Assembly (NCBI RefSeq): GCF_006345805.1
Contig: NC_042999.1
Location: forward strand, 134,106,001 to 134,170,000
DNA: 64,000 nucleotides
Source: Octopus sinensis
Taxonomy: Eukaryota
Direction of reading: 5' to 3'
Shown: in pieces, positions 14,062-27,369 of the stretch
Layout: every line of letters starts with the position of its first letter
Position numbering within the stretch: the stretch's first letter is position 1
Position numbers and translations under genes: made by a program
Notes under the pieces: generated by a model
Seen by the model: the letters and a program-made list of their open reading frames with translations, nothing else
What the model was told of the DNA's origin: nothing
The model's database searches: none

Positions 14062-14165
14062 TATATATATATAATAGTTGAAATTTAGAGAAAAACAAAA
14101 GAAGACAAGCGTTGTATGAACAACGAGCAGGTGTATTAATTTGACGCTCGGGAAAGTGAGAAAGT

Positions 14166-14201
14166 CTTTTACGTTTCGAGCGTAAGCTCTTCAACAGAAA
14201 G
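14166..14201 (-). ncRNA. Minimal hammerhead ribozyme of Penelope-like terminal repeat
   Basis: Minus strand: cttt CTGTTGA a gagc ttac gctc GAAAC GTA aaag; perfect 4-bp stems I and II, loopless palindromic stem III (ACGU), A6U core change; host fragment about 14075-14240 ends at (TA)n. Confidence 0.7.
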
Positions 14202-14299
14202 GAATAAGAGAAAATAAACAGAGAGAGAATAAAAAACAAAACTTGTGGATTTAGCGATCAAGCATGGCGACTGATATATATCCACGTCATGACTAATAT

Positions 14300-14620
14300 A
14301 TATTTATGGCATCCGTCAATATTATTTGAGTTTTGGTGGGTGTGGCCCAACCAACGGAGACATCATTGCTGCAATAGAATGAAGAGGCTGCGTATTTATG
14401 AGTTAGCGGGGACTACATTTTTTATAACTTGGTCAGTCAACTTGATGTCTAAGATCCTCCCCTGAATGCGTTGATAGAAAGTATTGAGACGTTTCTCTTG
14501 TCTGGCGTAACAGTTCTTAGTCTTAATGCAATAAAGCAGTATTTTGGGAACAAAAACACAGTGAACTGTAACTTAGGTGGGTGCCGTTAATCTAGCTAAA
14601 GTTGAAGGCACTCATTCAAT
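14300..14620 (-). pseudogene. RTE-clade LINE ORF C-terminal remnant
   Basis: Minus translation LLY...YARQEKRLNTFYQRIQGRILDIKLTDQV...SLFILLQQ*CLRWLGH, the RTE/BovB-type C-terminal motif. Confidence 0.8.
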
Positions 14621-14654
14621 ACGCCTGGAGAAATATGCATGTAGGTATATGTAT

Positions 14655-14876
14655 CTCTTTTATTCTTTTACTTGTTTCAGCCATTTGACTGTGGCCATGC
14701 TGGAGCACCGCCTTTAGTCGAGTAAATCTAGCCCAGGACTTATAGTTTGTAAGCCTAGTACTTATTCTATCAGTCTCTTTTGCCGCACCGCTAAGTTACG
14801 GGGGCGTAAACACGCCAGCATCAGTTGTCAAGCGATGTTGGGGGGGACAAACACGGGCAAACAAACATACACACAC

Positions 14877-14951
<75 letters not shown>

Positions 14952-15128
14952 TATACATACATATATACAACGGGCTTCTTTCAGCTTCCATCTACCAAAT
15001 CCACTTACAAGGCTTTTGTCGGCCCGAGGCTATAGTAGAAGACACTTGCCCAAGGTGCCACGCAGTGGGACTGAACCCGGAACCATGTGGTTGGTAAGCA
15101 AGCTACTTACCACACAGCCACTCCTACG
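14655..15128 (-). mobile_element. CORE-type SINE family A, full length
   Basis: Head ggagtggctgtgtggtaag, box B, CORE-like ccttgggcaagtgtctt, internal microsatellite, (GTAAAAGA)-type tail. Confidence 0.9.
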
Positions 15129-15189
15129 CTTATATATGTGCGTATATAAATATTGGAAGTCAACTCGTGACCAAGTATAACCGCTTCCC

Positions 15190-15575
15190 AAACTCAGTAA
15201 CTTCATGCAAATGTTACGAGAATCGAAGAAGTTCCTGCATGTGAGTTTGTTTTGTGTGGATAAAGTGTTGCACAGCACCAAACCCACTTTCCACCGCAAT
15301 CAGCTATAAAACCAATGGCACAACAGTGGTTGAGACGACCAGTTACCAAGGTGTACTTGAGGTATATCAAACGAGGTTTATCATACGAGTTTACCTTCTC
15401 CGAAAAGGAAGTTCTAACGAGATTTGAAGGTCATTAAACTCCCTATGGTTCACATGCTAGTTTACCCATAAATGATCCTAATAGGTGCTACAGGTCCTGG
15501 TTAAGAGGTGGTTCTTCACTCCTCAAAACCTTGGAACTCCCGTACAAGGGCTCCACCACTGAATGCAGTTCAATC
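15190..15575 (+). pseudogene. Highly decayed CR1/L2-type LINE RT C-terminal remnant
   Basis: Fragments VDKVLHST, Y.TNGT, and PWNS...LNAVQ fall in the order expected for CR1 (NVDKC.VLH...Y.LNG...W.P...LE.VQ); frameshifted. Confidence 0.4.
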
Positions 15576-15594
15576 ACACACACACATTATGTAC

Positions 15595-15625
<31 letters not shown>

Positions 15626-15651
15626 TGTATGTATGTATGTATGTATGTATC

Positions 15652-15772
<121 letters not shown>

Positions 15773-15844
15773 TATATATACTATATATAGAGATATACAT
15801 ATGCGTGTACTTGTGTGCGTGTGCGTATGTGTGTGTGTATGCAT

Positions 15845-16100
15845 GGAGGCACGTGGCTTAGTGGTTAGGGTATTTTACACTCATAATCGTATGATCGTGA
15901 TTTTGATTCGTTCACTGGACGATGTGTTGTAGTCTTGAGCAAAAAGAATTCCATTTCACGTTGCTCCATTCCACCCGGCCACCAAAAATGAGTACTCCCG
16001 CAATAGACTGGCGTCCCAGCCTGGAAAGGAATATGTACGGCTCACAGAATCCGAGAAACTTGCCTTATGAGCCTATGACTCGAGAAAGACCTTGGTCCTT
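15845..16100 (+). mobile_element. tRNA-derived SINE with V-domain-like segment
   Basis: Box A tggcttagtggttaggg; gcaatagactggcgtcccagcc resembles the V-domain; related to 31795-32036. Confidence 0.6.
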
Positions 16101-16116
16101 TTGATATATATATATA

Positions 16117-16159
<43 letters not shown>

Positions 16160-16176
16160 TATATATATATATATAT

Positions 16177-16579
16177 GGAGTGGCTGTGTGGTAAGTAGCT
16201 TCCTTCCGGACCACATGTTTCCGTTCATCCCACTGCGTGACACCTTGGACAAGTGTCTTCTACTATAGCCTCGGGCCGACCAAATCCTTGTGAGTGGATT
16301 TGGTAGACAGAAACTGAAAGAAGCCCGTCGTATATATGTATATATGTGTGTGTATGTGTGTGTATATGTTTGTGTGTCTGTGTTTGTCCCCCCAACATCG
16401 CTTGACAACTGATGCTGGTGTATTTACACCCCCGTAACTTAGCGGTTCGGCAAAAGACACCGATAGAATAAGTACTAGGCTTACAACGAATAAGTCCTGG
16501 GGGTCGATTTGAGCGACTAAACGCGATGCTCCAGCATGGTCACAGTCAAATGACTGAAAGAAGTAAAAGAGTAAAGAGT
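16177..16579 (+). mobile_element. CORE-type SINE family A, full length
   Basis: ggagtggctgtgtggtaagtagc...ccttggacaagtgtcttctactatagcctcgggccgacc...gtaaaagagtaaagagta. Confidence 0.9.
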
Positions 16580-16580
16580 A

Positions 16581-16611
<31 letters not shown>

Positions 16612-17504
16612 GTGTGTGTATGTATGTGTGTGTACATAGATACATATTCACACATATGTAGATGAATATTTGCATGTAGTATAAAAACTTGAGTGAAATA
16701 AGTGATAATTCAATATTGATTAATTACCATGCAGTTTGCATTATATTTAAGCGAAACAAATGTATTTTTTTAATTAAATTCATAAGCAGAAACATATTTT
16801 TCACTGCACACCTCATTGTAAATCTGTACTGACTGCACATTGTATTTTTCGACAGCTATATCTAAATAAGAAGAAATACAAATAAAATGTGAATGTAAAA
16901 ATTAAGACTATTTGTTTCACCTCTTGCAAACAAAAACTTGTCAAGAAACACAAATTGTTGAAAATAGTTTAAAAAGTATATAATTCTCACATGTATACAC
17001 AAATTAGCATTTGAAATCATTTTCTATTTGTATTATTTTCGTCATGTATTCATATATTTATGAGAAATGAAGAGAAAATTTGTATATTCTTAGCGTTGTA
17101 TATTTAAGATGGCAGCTTGTCGGTTGTTTTACTTTGGACGAATTAGTTTCTTTCCAAGCTACTGCTTCTTGTATTCACTCGTCACGTAGAAGCCAGTTTT
17201 CATTAATGTTCTGACGATCGGCTGAATTAACATCGTCCTTCGCCAATTATCATCACTGCAAAATCATTTGAGCTATGAAAGAGAAAGCAGTAAACAGCAC
17301 ATCACTACGTAAAGTAACCGCGGGCGGAGAAGCTAATTCATTGTTCTAGTAACATGCAAATATCTAACAATAGCACAACGCCACAAATTAAGTACATAGA
17401 TGTACAGTCTAGGAAACTAACCCTAGTATTTGTCTGTCCTTATGTTAAAGAACTCAATAAGATAAAAGGAAAAGTTAGCATTTACACTTGAATGCAAATA
17501 GATA

Positions 17505-17871
17505 TCTATTATATAAAATCCGTTCTGTCTGTCTGTATGTCTTCTAGGATCTCAGGCACCCTCCATCCGATTGCGCTCAAATTTGATATGTAGATACCAA
17601 CGATATCAGGGCGTGTATAAGTCTTGAAAATATTACAAAAAAAAACGATTCCAGGTGAGAATGCGATCGATAAAACCGTGGGAAATCGTTTTTCTTTGGA
17701 ATAGAAAAAAGTCTATCTTTATTTCTTCTTTTGCTGGTGTCTCAAATTTAGGTTAAATCAGTTTTTCTCAAAGGGGAGGCCTATGGGACGGTCAGACAAG
17801 CTGCTTTGAGAAAATTTGGTTTAAATGTTTCACAACTCAGCACCGTCTATTGGACGGGGGCGTTTTGCTCG
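17505..17871 (+). mobile_element. Non-autonomous Helitron
   Basis: A|TC 5' end (tctattatataaa), (TGTC)n near 5' end, subterminal hairpin ccgtc-tattg-gacgg, ends ctcg|T (variant of CTAG). Confidence 0.65.
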
Positions 17872-17903
<32 letters not shown>

Positions 17904-18039
17904 ACGCTGCAGGCTATTTCATTCGTTGTTCCGCTGATTCGGTCATCCATGGCACTTTCTCTTTTAACATAACAACCCCTATATCCTTTGATCCTGTATC
18001 ATCATCGATAATTGCTCTTTTTCTTTATTTATATAAGCA

Positions 18040-18265
18040 CAAAGTAAGCAATTTTGAGGGAGGATGTTAATCGATTCTATTTGTAACTCCCTCCTCTCAG
18101 ATAAAATAAATCATCAGTACTTTACAGGTGCTTTGTTGTATCACCCTCGAATGGATGAAAAGGAGAGTTTGGCCTCGGTGGAATTTGAACCCAGAAAGTT
18201 CGGAGTCTGAACAAAAGCTGCAAAGCATTTTGTCTGACTCTCTAACGGTTCTGCATGCTCGCCAT
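18040..18265 (-). mobile_element. Meta-domain SINE family B, degraded
   Basis: ggatgaaaagg...ggcctcggtggaatttgaacccagaa...aacggttctgc. Confidence 0.65.
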
Positions 18266-19034
18266 CATTCATTGTTCCATTAACTGTTCCACCAAATGAC
18301 TTAGCATTTCCATTTCTCATTCTTACGCCGAGTATGTCTGTGTGTTTGTGCATGTGTGAGTGTGTGCGTGCGTGTGTGCACGTGTTTACACTGTGTATGA
18401 AAGACATCTTTGCACTTCGTATTCTGTCTGCCTGTCTCCGCCCTTTTGTCTCCTGTCTGTCTGTCTGTCTCTCTCTTTCACACATACACACACACATACA
18501 CACACACGCCCGCACATATGCAAACACACACACACACACACACACACGAAGCCCTAACGATTCTATCAAATCGACCCAAATGCTAATCTTTGTATCATTA
18601 AATTCTATAAAGCATTAGGCTTGATACACTACTGTTTGAGTTAAACTACTGTCTTTGCATTTATGAAATATTGCTTCCGGTTAGGTAGGACCCCTCTAAC
18701 AATTACTTTTCAATCCACAAAAAGTTCAGGTTTTATATCCACCCCCACCCACCTATACCTCACTAAACGTAGTAAAAAAATATCTTTTTCAAACCTCTCG
18801 TTCTCTAACCCTCCAGTCTCACCTCAATATGAACCGCCAGAAAGATAAGTGAGTATCTTTCCGTCTTTTCAATCTAATATTATCTTTTTGAGCGACTGCC
18901 TATTCTCACCAAACAATTAATTTTCCTGTATCTAGAAAAATATATCAAAAACTACAGTTTGTCCCGACCAATCTCTGTGAGCCAACTATTGTGCAGACTG
19001 TTTACATTCATTACTAATATTTCATGATTAAGAA

Positions 19035-19230
19035 AGGCGGCAGAATAGTTAACGCCGGGTAAAATGCTCGGCATTCCGTCTGCCTTTCCATTCTGAGTTC
19101 AGATTCCGCCGAGATCGACTTTGCCTTTTATCTTTTCGGGGTCCATAAAATAAGTACCAGTTGACCTCTGGAGTTCATATAATCCCCCGCCTCTGAACTT
19201 GCTGGCCTTGTGCCAAAATTTGAAATATCT
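19035..19230 (+). mobile_element. Meta-domain SINE family B
   Basis: ggcggcagaatagtta...ttctgagttcagattccgccgagatcgactttgcc...aagtaccag. Confidence 0.75.
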
Positions 19231-20029
19231 CATAAGTAAAAGAAAAAGTCGTAAACAATCACTTCGTGTATCATTTTTAGCACATTTCTCCTCTAAGTGA
19301 CCACCAATATGACTTACATTAGTACTTGCTCTACATATCAATTATCAATAAGTTCTCACCATTTATATCAGCAGAATGACTTCAGGAGTAATTTATAGCG
19401 TCCACACACTTCGTTTTGAACATTAACGACCTATTTGCTGTAACTTCTAAGAACTTGCAATTTAGGTAGTTGATACAACCCTTCACTCCTTTTAAGCAAT
19501 CGGCATGTTGACGCATACTTCCAACCAAAATATCTTACAGCAGGCTTGATCTATGTAGTTGAAAAGAAACCTTGAAAACATCCTGCAAATAGACTGTTAA
19601 AAGAACGTGTACAATGCTCAAATAAGAATTATATTGGAGTATAGCTGACATATCTGGGACATTTCGGTCGATATAGGTACTAATATACTAGAACTACTGT
19701 AAAAGAGGTCTAGAACGCTAAAGTAAAAGTTCACTCTTTAGTTCTTGTCTTCTAAAACACACAATTCCTGACTCTTAAAACGTATATTACAACGGCCTCA
19801 ACTTCTCTGCTGAAACTACTAACTTCATCACATATCATCAACACCTAATCATTCTCATATCGTCTCCGATGCGGAGCCTCATCCCGAAAAAAATCCCGGA
19901 CTAAATCATTAATCAATCCTACCCCGCCTCACACACTCACCACCCCTCCTTGTTCACGTCAACACTACGCGCACGTATCACAAACACACGCGCGCTTGCA
20001 TTCACATGTATACATATTATGTAATGTGC

Positions 20030-20245
20030 ATTATGTTGGCCAGCGGCACAATCATTAGCGCGCTGGGCAATATTCTTAGTGGCATTTATTTTTTATTTTT
20101 TTCGTTCTGATTTCAAATTCTGCCGAGGTTATATTTGTCTGTCAACATTCCGGTGTTGATAAAATAAAGTACAACTGGAATACTGGGTCGATGGCATCGA
20201 CTACTGCCTCTCCTGAAGAAATTTGGTGGTCTTGTGAAAACGTCG
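20030..20245 (+). mobile_element. Meta-domain SINE family B, degraded
   Basis: cgttctgatttcaaattctgccgagg...gataaaataaagtac. Confidence 0.6.
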
Positions 20246-21381
20246 TTGAATTTTGCATTATATAATGGATATAACAAGATCGTAGTTATCATCAATGTCT
20301 ACATATATAATATTTCATTCATCACCCAGAGGTTGTTGAAACGATTGTAAACCATGGAATAAATATACCAATAACTCCTTGCTAATCTTCACACAAATAC
20401 GCACACTTACATGCAAACACATGAAAGCATATATATATATATATATATAAATATATATTAGTTATAAGTAAGGGCAAAAGAAAAGATTTCTAATGCCAAA
20501 ATATGCCGAAAATAGACATAACGTCAATAACCATGTAATTTATCACTACAAGCACGCGTTTCGAAAGAAGCCGACAGAAATTTTTAAAAAAATCCCGTTA
20601 TTTCCATATCGGACCCGATTTCAGAGTTTGTTCATAAGAACCTTTAAAGTTTTTTTTTAATAATCTGGCCACTGATAGAAATGTTTTCTTAATTAAATAT
20701 ATATATATTTATATGTTTATATATTTATGTATGTATATATATGTACATGTATGTATGTTTATATATATATGTACAATGTATGTATGTATGTGTGCATATA
20801 TACACGCATGTGTGTGTGAGTGTGTGTGCATGTATAAGTATGCGTGTCGCCTTAAATAGCTCCCTGGTGATGTGATGCTGTTTACATTGGCACTATTATC
20901 AGTCATGACTACTAGCGAAGGTCCACTTGGTGTAGGAGATATTTTTAATCCGTTCTGAGCAGCTGTACGTTGGTAGTTAAAAGTGCTTCTATTTATAATC
21001 AGCTACTGATTTAGGCTGGAGGAATCGGTACAGTAGTAAAAGAATGCGTTCAAAAAGGAATTTTAAACGGACTATATGTCTTATGTTGATGGCGTCACGA
21101 ATGTATTCTATGTGTGTTCTGCTAGGGGTCCGCGAGCGTGTCTGTGCGTGTGTGTGTGTGTGTGTGTGTGCACTGGAAGTTCCGGCTACTTAAACCAGTG
21201 CATGCAGCTTTGAAAATTTTAAATAATATATAAAAAGCCGCGTAATTGATGTAAATAAATATAGCTTGTATGCAACTACTTTACAGCTGTGTCTCATAAA
21301 AATATAAGATTTGTATTGAATTCTTGCATTCATTCATACTTATATATCTTAGGCATGCATTGCATACCTTGCATTCGACCA

Positions 21382-21413
<32 letters not shown>

Positions 21414-21874
21414 GTGTGTGTGTATATGTGTATGTATGCATGTAGGTATGTATGTGTAAAAGTTTCGAGCTTCGACTCCGCCCGGAAAAGCAACAGACTT
21501 TTGATTTGATGGTCACTGGTTCCAATATTTCTGCGGGCGCTTTACTCGTTTCCAACGTGATGCTCCACGTTAACCGCACCCCAATGAGTGAAATATGTAC
21601 AACGGAAAAATTATAAGGGCAAGTGACAATGACAGACCACATCACAGTTTGAAATTGAGGTTTACAAAAGTATTCTCCTTTTCCCTCATTATTTTACTTT
21701 CGTTTATACCACTTCAATTACAATTCATTCAAATACATAACAGATTAATACCACAGTTCCTATGTATGTTAGTGTCGACCAGACTTCTATGATTATCTAA
21801 GTGCAGATGAAGGAAAAAAACGTTTCGCAGGGACGGTATTTCGACATTTTCTAATTTCTTTCTCTTTATTATTT

Positions 21875-22305
21875 TTACTCTTTTACCCTTTTACTTGTTT
21901 CAGTCATTTGACTGCGGCCATGCAGGAGCACCGCCTTTAGTCGAGCAGATCGACCTCGGGACTTATTCTTTGGAAACCTAGTACTTATTCTATCGGTCTC
22001 TTTTGCCGAACCGCTAAGTACGAGGACGTAAACACACCAGCATCGGTTGTCAAGCGATGTTGGGTGGGGGCGACAAACACAGACACACAAGCATATACAC
22101 ACGCATATATATATACATACATACATACATATATACATATACGACGGGCTTCTTTCAGTTTCCGTCTACTAAATCCAATCACAAGGCTTTGGTCGGCCCG
22201 AGGCTATAGTAAAATGCACTTGCCCAAGGTGACACGCAGTGGGACTGAACCCGGGACCATGTGCTTGGTTAGCAAGCTACTTACCACTGGCCACTCCTGC
22301 GCCTA
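21875..22305 (-). mobile_element. CORE-type SINE family A, full length
   Basis: Colinear with other family A copies. Confidence 0.9.
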
Positions 22306-22436
22306 CATTTGTATAAACCTATTGAAACATTTTTTAAAACACATGCACGCGCGCACACAAACTCGAACGCACATACACGCACGCAGGCATATATATACAT
22401 ACATACATATACACGCACATTTATGATTGTACGTGT

Positions 22437-22471
<35 letters not shown>

Positions 22472-22473
<2 letters not shown>

Positions 22474-22610
22474 ACGGGCTTCGTTCAGTTTCCGTCTACC
22501 AAATCAACTCACAAGGGTTTTGCCGGCCTGAGGCGATAGTGGAAGACACTAGCCTGAGGTGCCACGCACTGGGACTGAATCTGGAACCATGTGGTCGGGG
22601 AACAAGCTTC
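22472..22610 (-). mobile_element. SINE family A 5' half
   Basis: acgggcttcgttcagtttccgtctacc...gggactgaatctggaaccatgtgg. Confidence 0.8.
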
Positions 22611-23730
22611 ATGCACACGCAAATATATGTATACGCACACACACACACACCCACGTGTGTGTGTGTGGATGGAGGAGGAGAAAGAGAGCATCTTTACAGT
22701 CGTTTATTTATTTAACTGTCTTCTCTGTGATCTCCTTCCATACCTGTTGTCAGGAAATATCTTTTTCGCCTGCCGGCGTTTTAATTCCGAGAAGCGGAAG
22801 TTTGCATGACACTTAGCGGAAGTATATATAACAAAAGATCAGTCTAATCATTCGGACAAAGTGAAGCTGGCGTCCGGTATGATATCAAATAGAGTGTATA
22901 TTTCAAGAACCTATTATATAGCTTTGCTTCCACGAGATCAAAAGAATAAGCGTGATTTGCTGACATTTCTGTTGAGTCGTCGGTAGTCGGTTTGAAAAGA
23001 TACATCTTGTTTGAAGATTGTATATAAAGTCAGTGGGTAAAACTCCCTCAGCCGCGCCAACCAACACTAATTGACAGCTCTCATTTGACAGCATCAACTT
23101 CAGACAATTTAAAGGATGGATTGCTCCTCTTATCTTGATCCATCTTGCTAGACACTACTGTGTATGACTGACTGGCTCACTGACTTGACTTGTGTTGGAA
23201 GCGAGCGTGAAAATAGAGCTCGTTTTGTTGCAAAACACACGCGAACACACACACGTACGCATACATATAAACACACACATTCAACACATACATATGCGTT
23301 CGTGTGTGTGTGTGTGTGTGTGCTCGTGCGCGTGTATGTATGTCTGTCTATGTATGTGTGTGTGTGTATGTGCGTTTGCGTGAGTGGCTGTGTATGTGCG
23401 TGTGTTCCTATGGTAAATCGCAGTTGCTATTGCAAGGCCAACAATATGTAGTTGTTAGAGTTCTATGTACTCATTACTAAACTGTGGCGACCAAGTGGCG
23501 TGAATTCACTGAGGACCTCGGCTCCAAGGATTATATGGACGAGAAAAGAGCAGAGCATAACATCAATAAATGAAGAAATCATACACACAAGCACGCACGC
23601 ACACACATACACACACACACACTCACTCATTCACTCACCAACACACAAACACACTCACATACACACACATACAAACATGCATACCTGCGTGTGTGAGTAT
23701 TCGGAGTGAGAGAGTGATAGAGGGAGAGAA

Positions 23731-23784
<54 letters not shown>

Positions 23785-24737
23785 ACAGTACTTCTACCTA
23801 CCAAATTTATTCGTTAGTTCGGAACTTTAGAATAAATTTCCAAGGTGCTGTGCCTGATCTCTTTTCTGTGTTAGACGTTCCAAAATGCTGGAAAATGTAC
23901 AGTGGAATTAAATGTACGTACATGTATAGCATCTTATTCATAAAATGATATGTGCAAATTGAGAGGAAACTAAAGTGTTTAATTTTGAGATTTTACAGGC
24001 TTTCTCTCTTGTTTCTCCCTCTGAAGATATCAAGTTATCTAGTACTGGACTGTGAGAATATTCTAGTTTCTTAAGATTGGGATCATGTCACAAAGTGTTA
24101 ATGGCATCTATCTGAATGTGTCTAATAGAAATTACAAACATACATTTCATACATACACTTTTATTTATCAAAACGATATATGTGATAATAAATAATTTAA
24201 CACAACATAAATAAATTGAATATAAATGTTTAACATATCACTCAGTTAGTTCGTTTATTTCTTTATCATTTCCATTATATACGAATTTATATCCTTATAG
24301 ATGTTTCTGAAGCACTAAAAATCCGCTAAAACATTTCCCCGGTGTCTTCTTTATCGTTTCTCTGACTATCAAGCAATTTAACTAAAGCTCGGCATTGGTT
24401 GATGTTGGTTGGCTGATAACATATTGTAAACTTCCGGTAGGCTAACCTCATCTCGTGGGGGCACGGTTTCTGTTTAACAATCATAAAGCTGTCTTGAGTG
24501 TTTGGGTAGACTGTCGGCGATCATCACTATGATAGTCACAGCACAGGTGGTGGTGGTGGGGGATAAAAACCGACGGAGTGAAACGAAGATTCGAGGACGA
24601 AGGGGAAAAATAAACGTGAAGAATAACCACAAAGCACACACACACATGTACATATATACACGCATTCGTATACATATGTACACGCACACACACATTGACC
24701 CATGTATGTGTGTATGTAAGTGTGTGAATGTGCGTGC

Positions 24738-24739
<2 letters not shown>

Positions 24740-24770
<31 letters not shown>

Positions 24771-24908
24771 TGTATGTATGTATGCATGTATGTATGCATG
24801 TATGTATGTATGTATGTATGTATGTATGTATGTATGTAGGTATGTATGTACGTACGTATGTATGTATGTATGTATGTATGTATGTATGTATGTATGTATG
24901 TATGTACG

Positions 24909-24942
<34 letters not shown>

Positions 24943-25442
24943 TGTATGTACGTACGTACGTACGTATGTATGTATGTATGTATGTATGTATGTATGTATG
25001 TACGTATGTATGTATGTATGTATGTATGCATGTAGGTATGTATGTACGTACGTATGTATGTATGTATGTATGTATGTATGTATGTATGTACGTACATACG
25101 TACGTATGTATGTATGTATGTATGTATGTATGTATGTATGTATGTATATCATTATTCAGTTTTATTTCAAGATTTCTTGCCAATAAAGAGCCGGTTTCTA
25201 ACTAAGATCCAAGGCTCCTTCATGTCTGTCTGTCAGTTTGTATGTATGTATGTCATTATTCAGTTTTATTTCGAGATTTCATGCCAACAGAGAAAGAACC
25301 GGTTTCTAACCTAGATCCAAGCCTCCTTCATTGGCATTTCAACATCAATAGGGTATTTTTGAATGCATATGTGCTGGTTTGTATGTCTTGTTTTATGCAT
25401 GTATTCTAATGCTTATAGTTGCGTGTCTACACTATGTATGTA

Positions 25443-25478
<36 letters not shown>

Positions 25479-25956
25479 TGTATGTATATATGTATGTATG
25501 TATGCATGTATTTATGTATGTACGTACGAACGTATGTATGTATGTATGCATGTATGTATGTGCATATGTATGCACGTATGTACGTATGTGTGTATGTATG
25601 TACGTACGTATGTATGTATGTAGATATGTATGTATTTAGGCGTATATGTATGTATGCATGTATCTATGTATGTACGTACGTATGTATGTATGTATGTATG
25701 TATGTATGTATGTATGCAAGTATGTACGTATGTATGTATGTATGTATGTATGTATGTATGTATGCATGTATGTATGTATGTATGTATGCAAGTATGTATG
25801 TATGTATGTATGTATGTAAGTATGTATGTATGTATGTATGTATGTATGTATGCAAGTATGTATGTATGTATGTATGTATGTACGTATGTATGTATGTATG
25901 TAAGTATGTATGTATGTGTGTATGTATGCATGTATGTATGTATGTATGTATGCAAG

Positions 25957-25987
<31 letters not shown>

Positions 25988-26060
25988 GTATGTATGTATG
26001 TATGTATGTATGTATGTATGTATGTATGTATGTATGTATGTATGTATGTATGCAAGTAAG
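24740..26060. repeat. Large (TATG)n array interrupted by two copies of a short element end (25148-25223, 25252-25350)
   Basis: About 1.1 kb of degenerate TATG; two related inserts tcattattcagttttatttc...ccggtttctaac...gatccaag..tccttcat. Confidence 0.9.
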
Positions 26061-26282
26061 TATGTTTCTTATTTCGAATTTCATTTTTCTCTTTTTTCCT
26101 TTGCAAGTTTCAACCAAGTCACTAACAAAATGTCGCGGTTCTCTTGTCTTAGCGCTTGGAGTTTGCGGTTATTTGGATTTAGATGATGTGTGCATATGTA
26201 TGAGCATGTAGCGAAAATCACATTTGTGTAGTGGTTGCACTTGTCACCTTTGTAACCATGTGTGTGTGTGTGCGCGTGTGTT

Positions 26283-26420
26283 TGTGTTTCAGTATCGTTT
26301 ATGTGTGTGTTTCAGTATCGTTATGTGTGTGTGTGTGTGTTTCAGTATCGTTTATGTGTGTGTGTGTGTGTTTCAGTATCGTTTATGTGTGTGTGTGTGT
26401 GTTTCAGTATCGTTTATGTA
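26283..26420. repeat. Minisatellite, five copies of gtttcagtatcgtttat(gt)n
   Basis: Direct inspection. Confidence 0.9.
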
Positions 26421-27369
26421 CATTTATTCAATTTATATTTGTGATGATGTACATATATTCAACATCAAATGGACATGTTTCTCAAATTTTTACTAAGCTT
26501 CTAAACGAATCTATTTAAGGAACCCGAATCAACTCATTCTGTTTTTGGGGGCGTGGGAGTGATGAAGACCCCAAAATTTAAATTTTTTTGATGATCTGTT
26601 GTTACGTAGCCCATTGCACCATTGATAATATCTTAGTTATTGTCTTCTTACGTAAACAAAAATAATTAGAAATGTTTTACATTTCGGGATAAAATGTGCA
26701 AATAGCCTGGATATTAGAGCTGTAAATTTCTCAATATATTTTTACCTCAATTTTTGACGAGACATTCACTTCAACCGGATAGATGATCTCTACAACAGTG
26801 CATGATTTTTGCTCCCTGTCCCAATGTTTGACCAGTCGTGCAGAAAAGGTTTTGCTGTTATCACTAGAATATTCCTTCAGTATTCTTAATTTTGGAAGAT
26901 GTGGTTACATTCTGGTATAGGTGTGGACAACCACCAGAACAATCGATTCTTCTTTGTGTTTTGTATAGTACGTGGTTTTAGCGAAAATCATATGCTTCCT
27001 AACAATTGCGAACATTTTGAGGCAATTGCCGATAATATGGGTGATACCTTAAGCATCGGTATGGCATAATCTACGTTCTTATCACAACGTGGATGTCTAG
27101 AGATACCTTATCTCATATATTGCTCGGGTATTTACTAGCTATTTCTTGCTAATTCATGGATAGTGTCAATGCTGTTAGTATTCTCTACCTTGCAGAATAC
27201 GTGCCCATGCAAGGTACGGATATCATTTGTTCTGCATGTCTCTGCTTAAGTCAGTTCCGCCATATGTATGCATATAGATGCGTAGATATGCATGTACGTA
27301 TGTATCCGATAGGGGTGGGGTGGAGTGGTTGATGTGGCAGCGTTAGTGGTGGTGATGGTGATGAGGGCA

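Noticed and set aside
24474-26211. Long ORFs (up to 255 aa) of MYVC/HTYI repeats, and similar ORFs across the window
   Set aside because: Translations of (TATG)n, (TG)n and (TA)n microsatellites that happen to lack stops
26283-26420. Regularly spaced short repeats resembling a CRISPR array
   Set aside because: Spacers are just (GT)n of variable length; eukaryotic context; no cas genes
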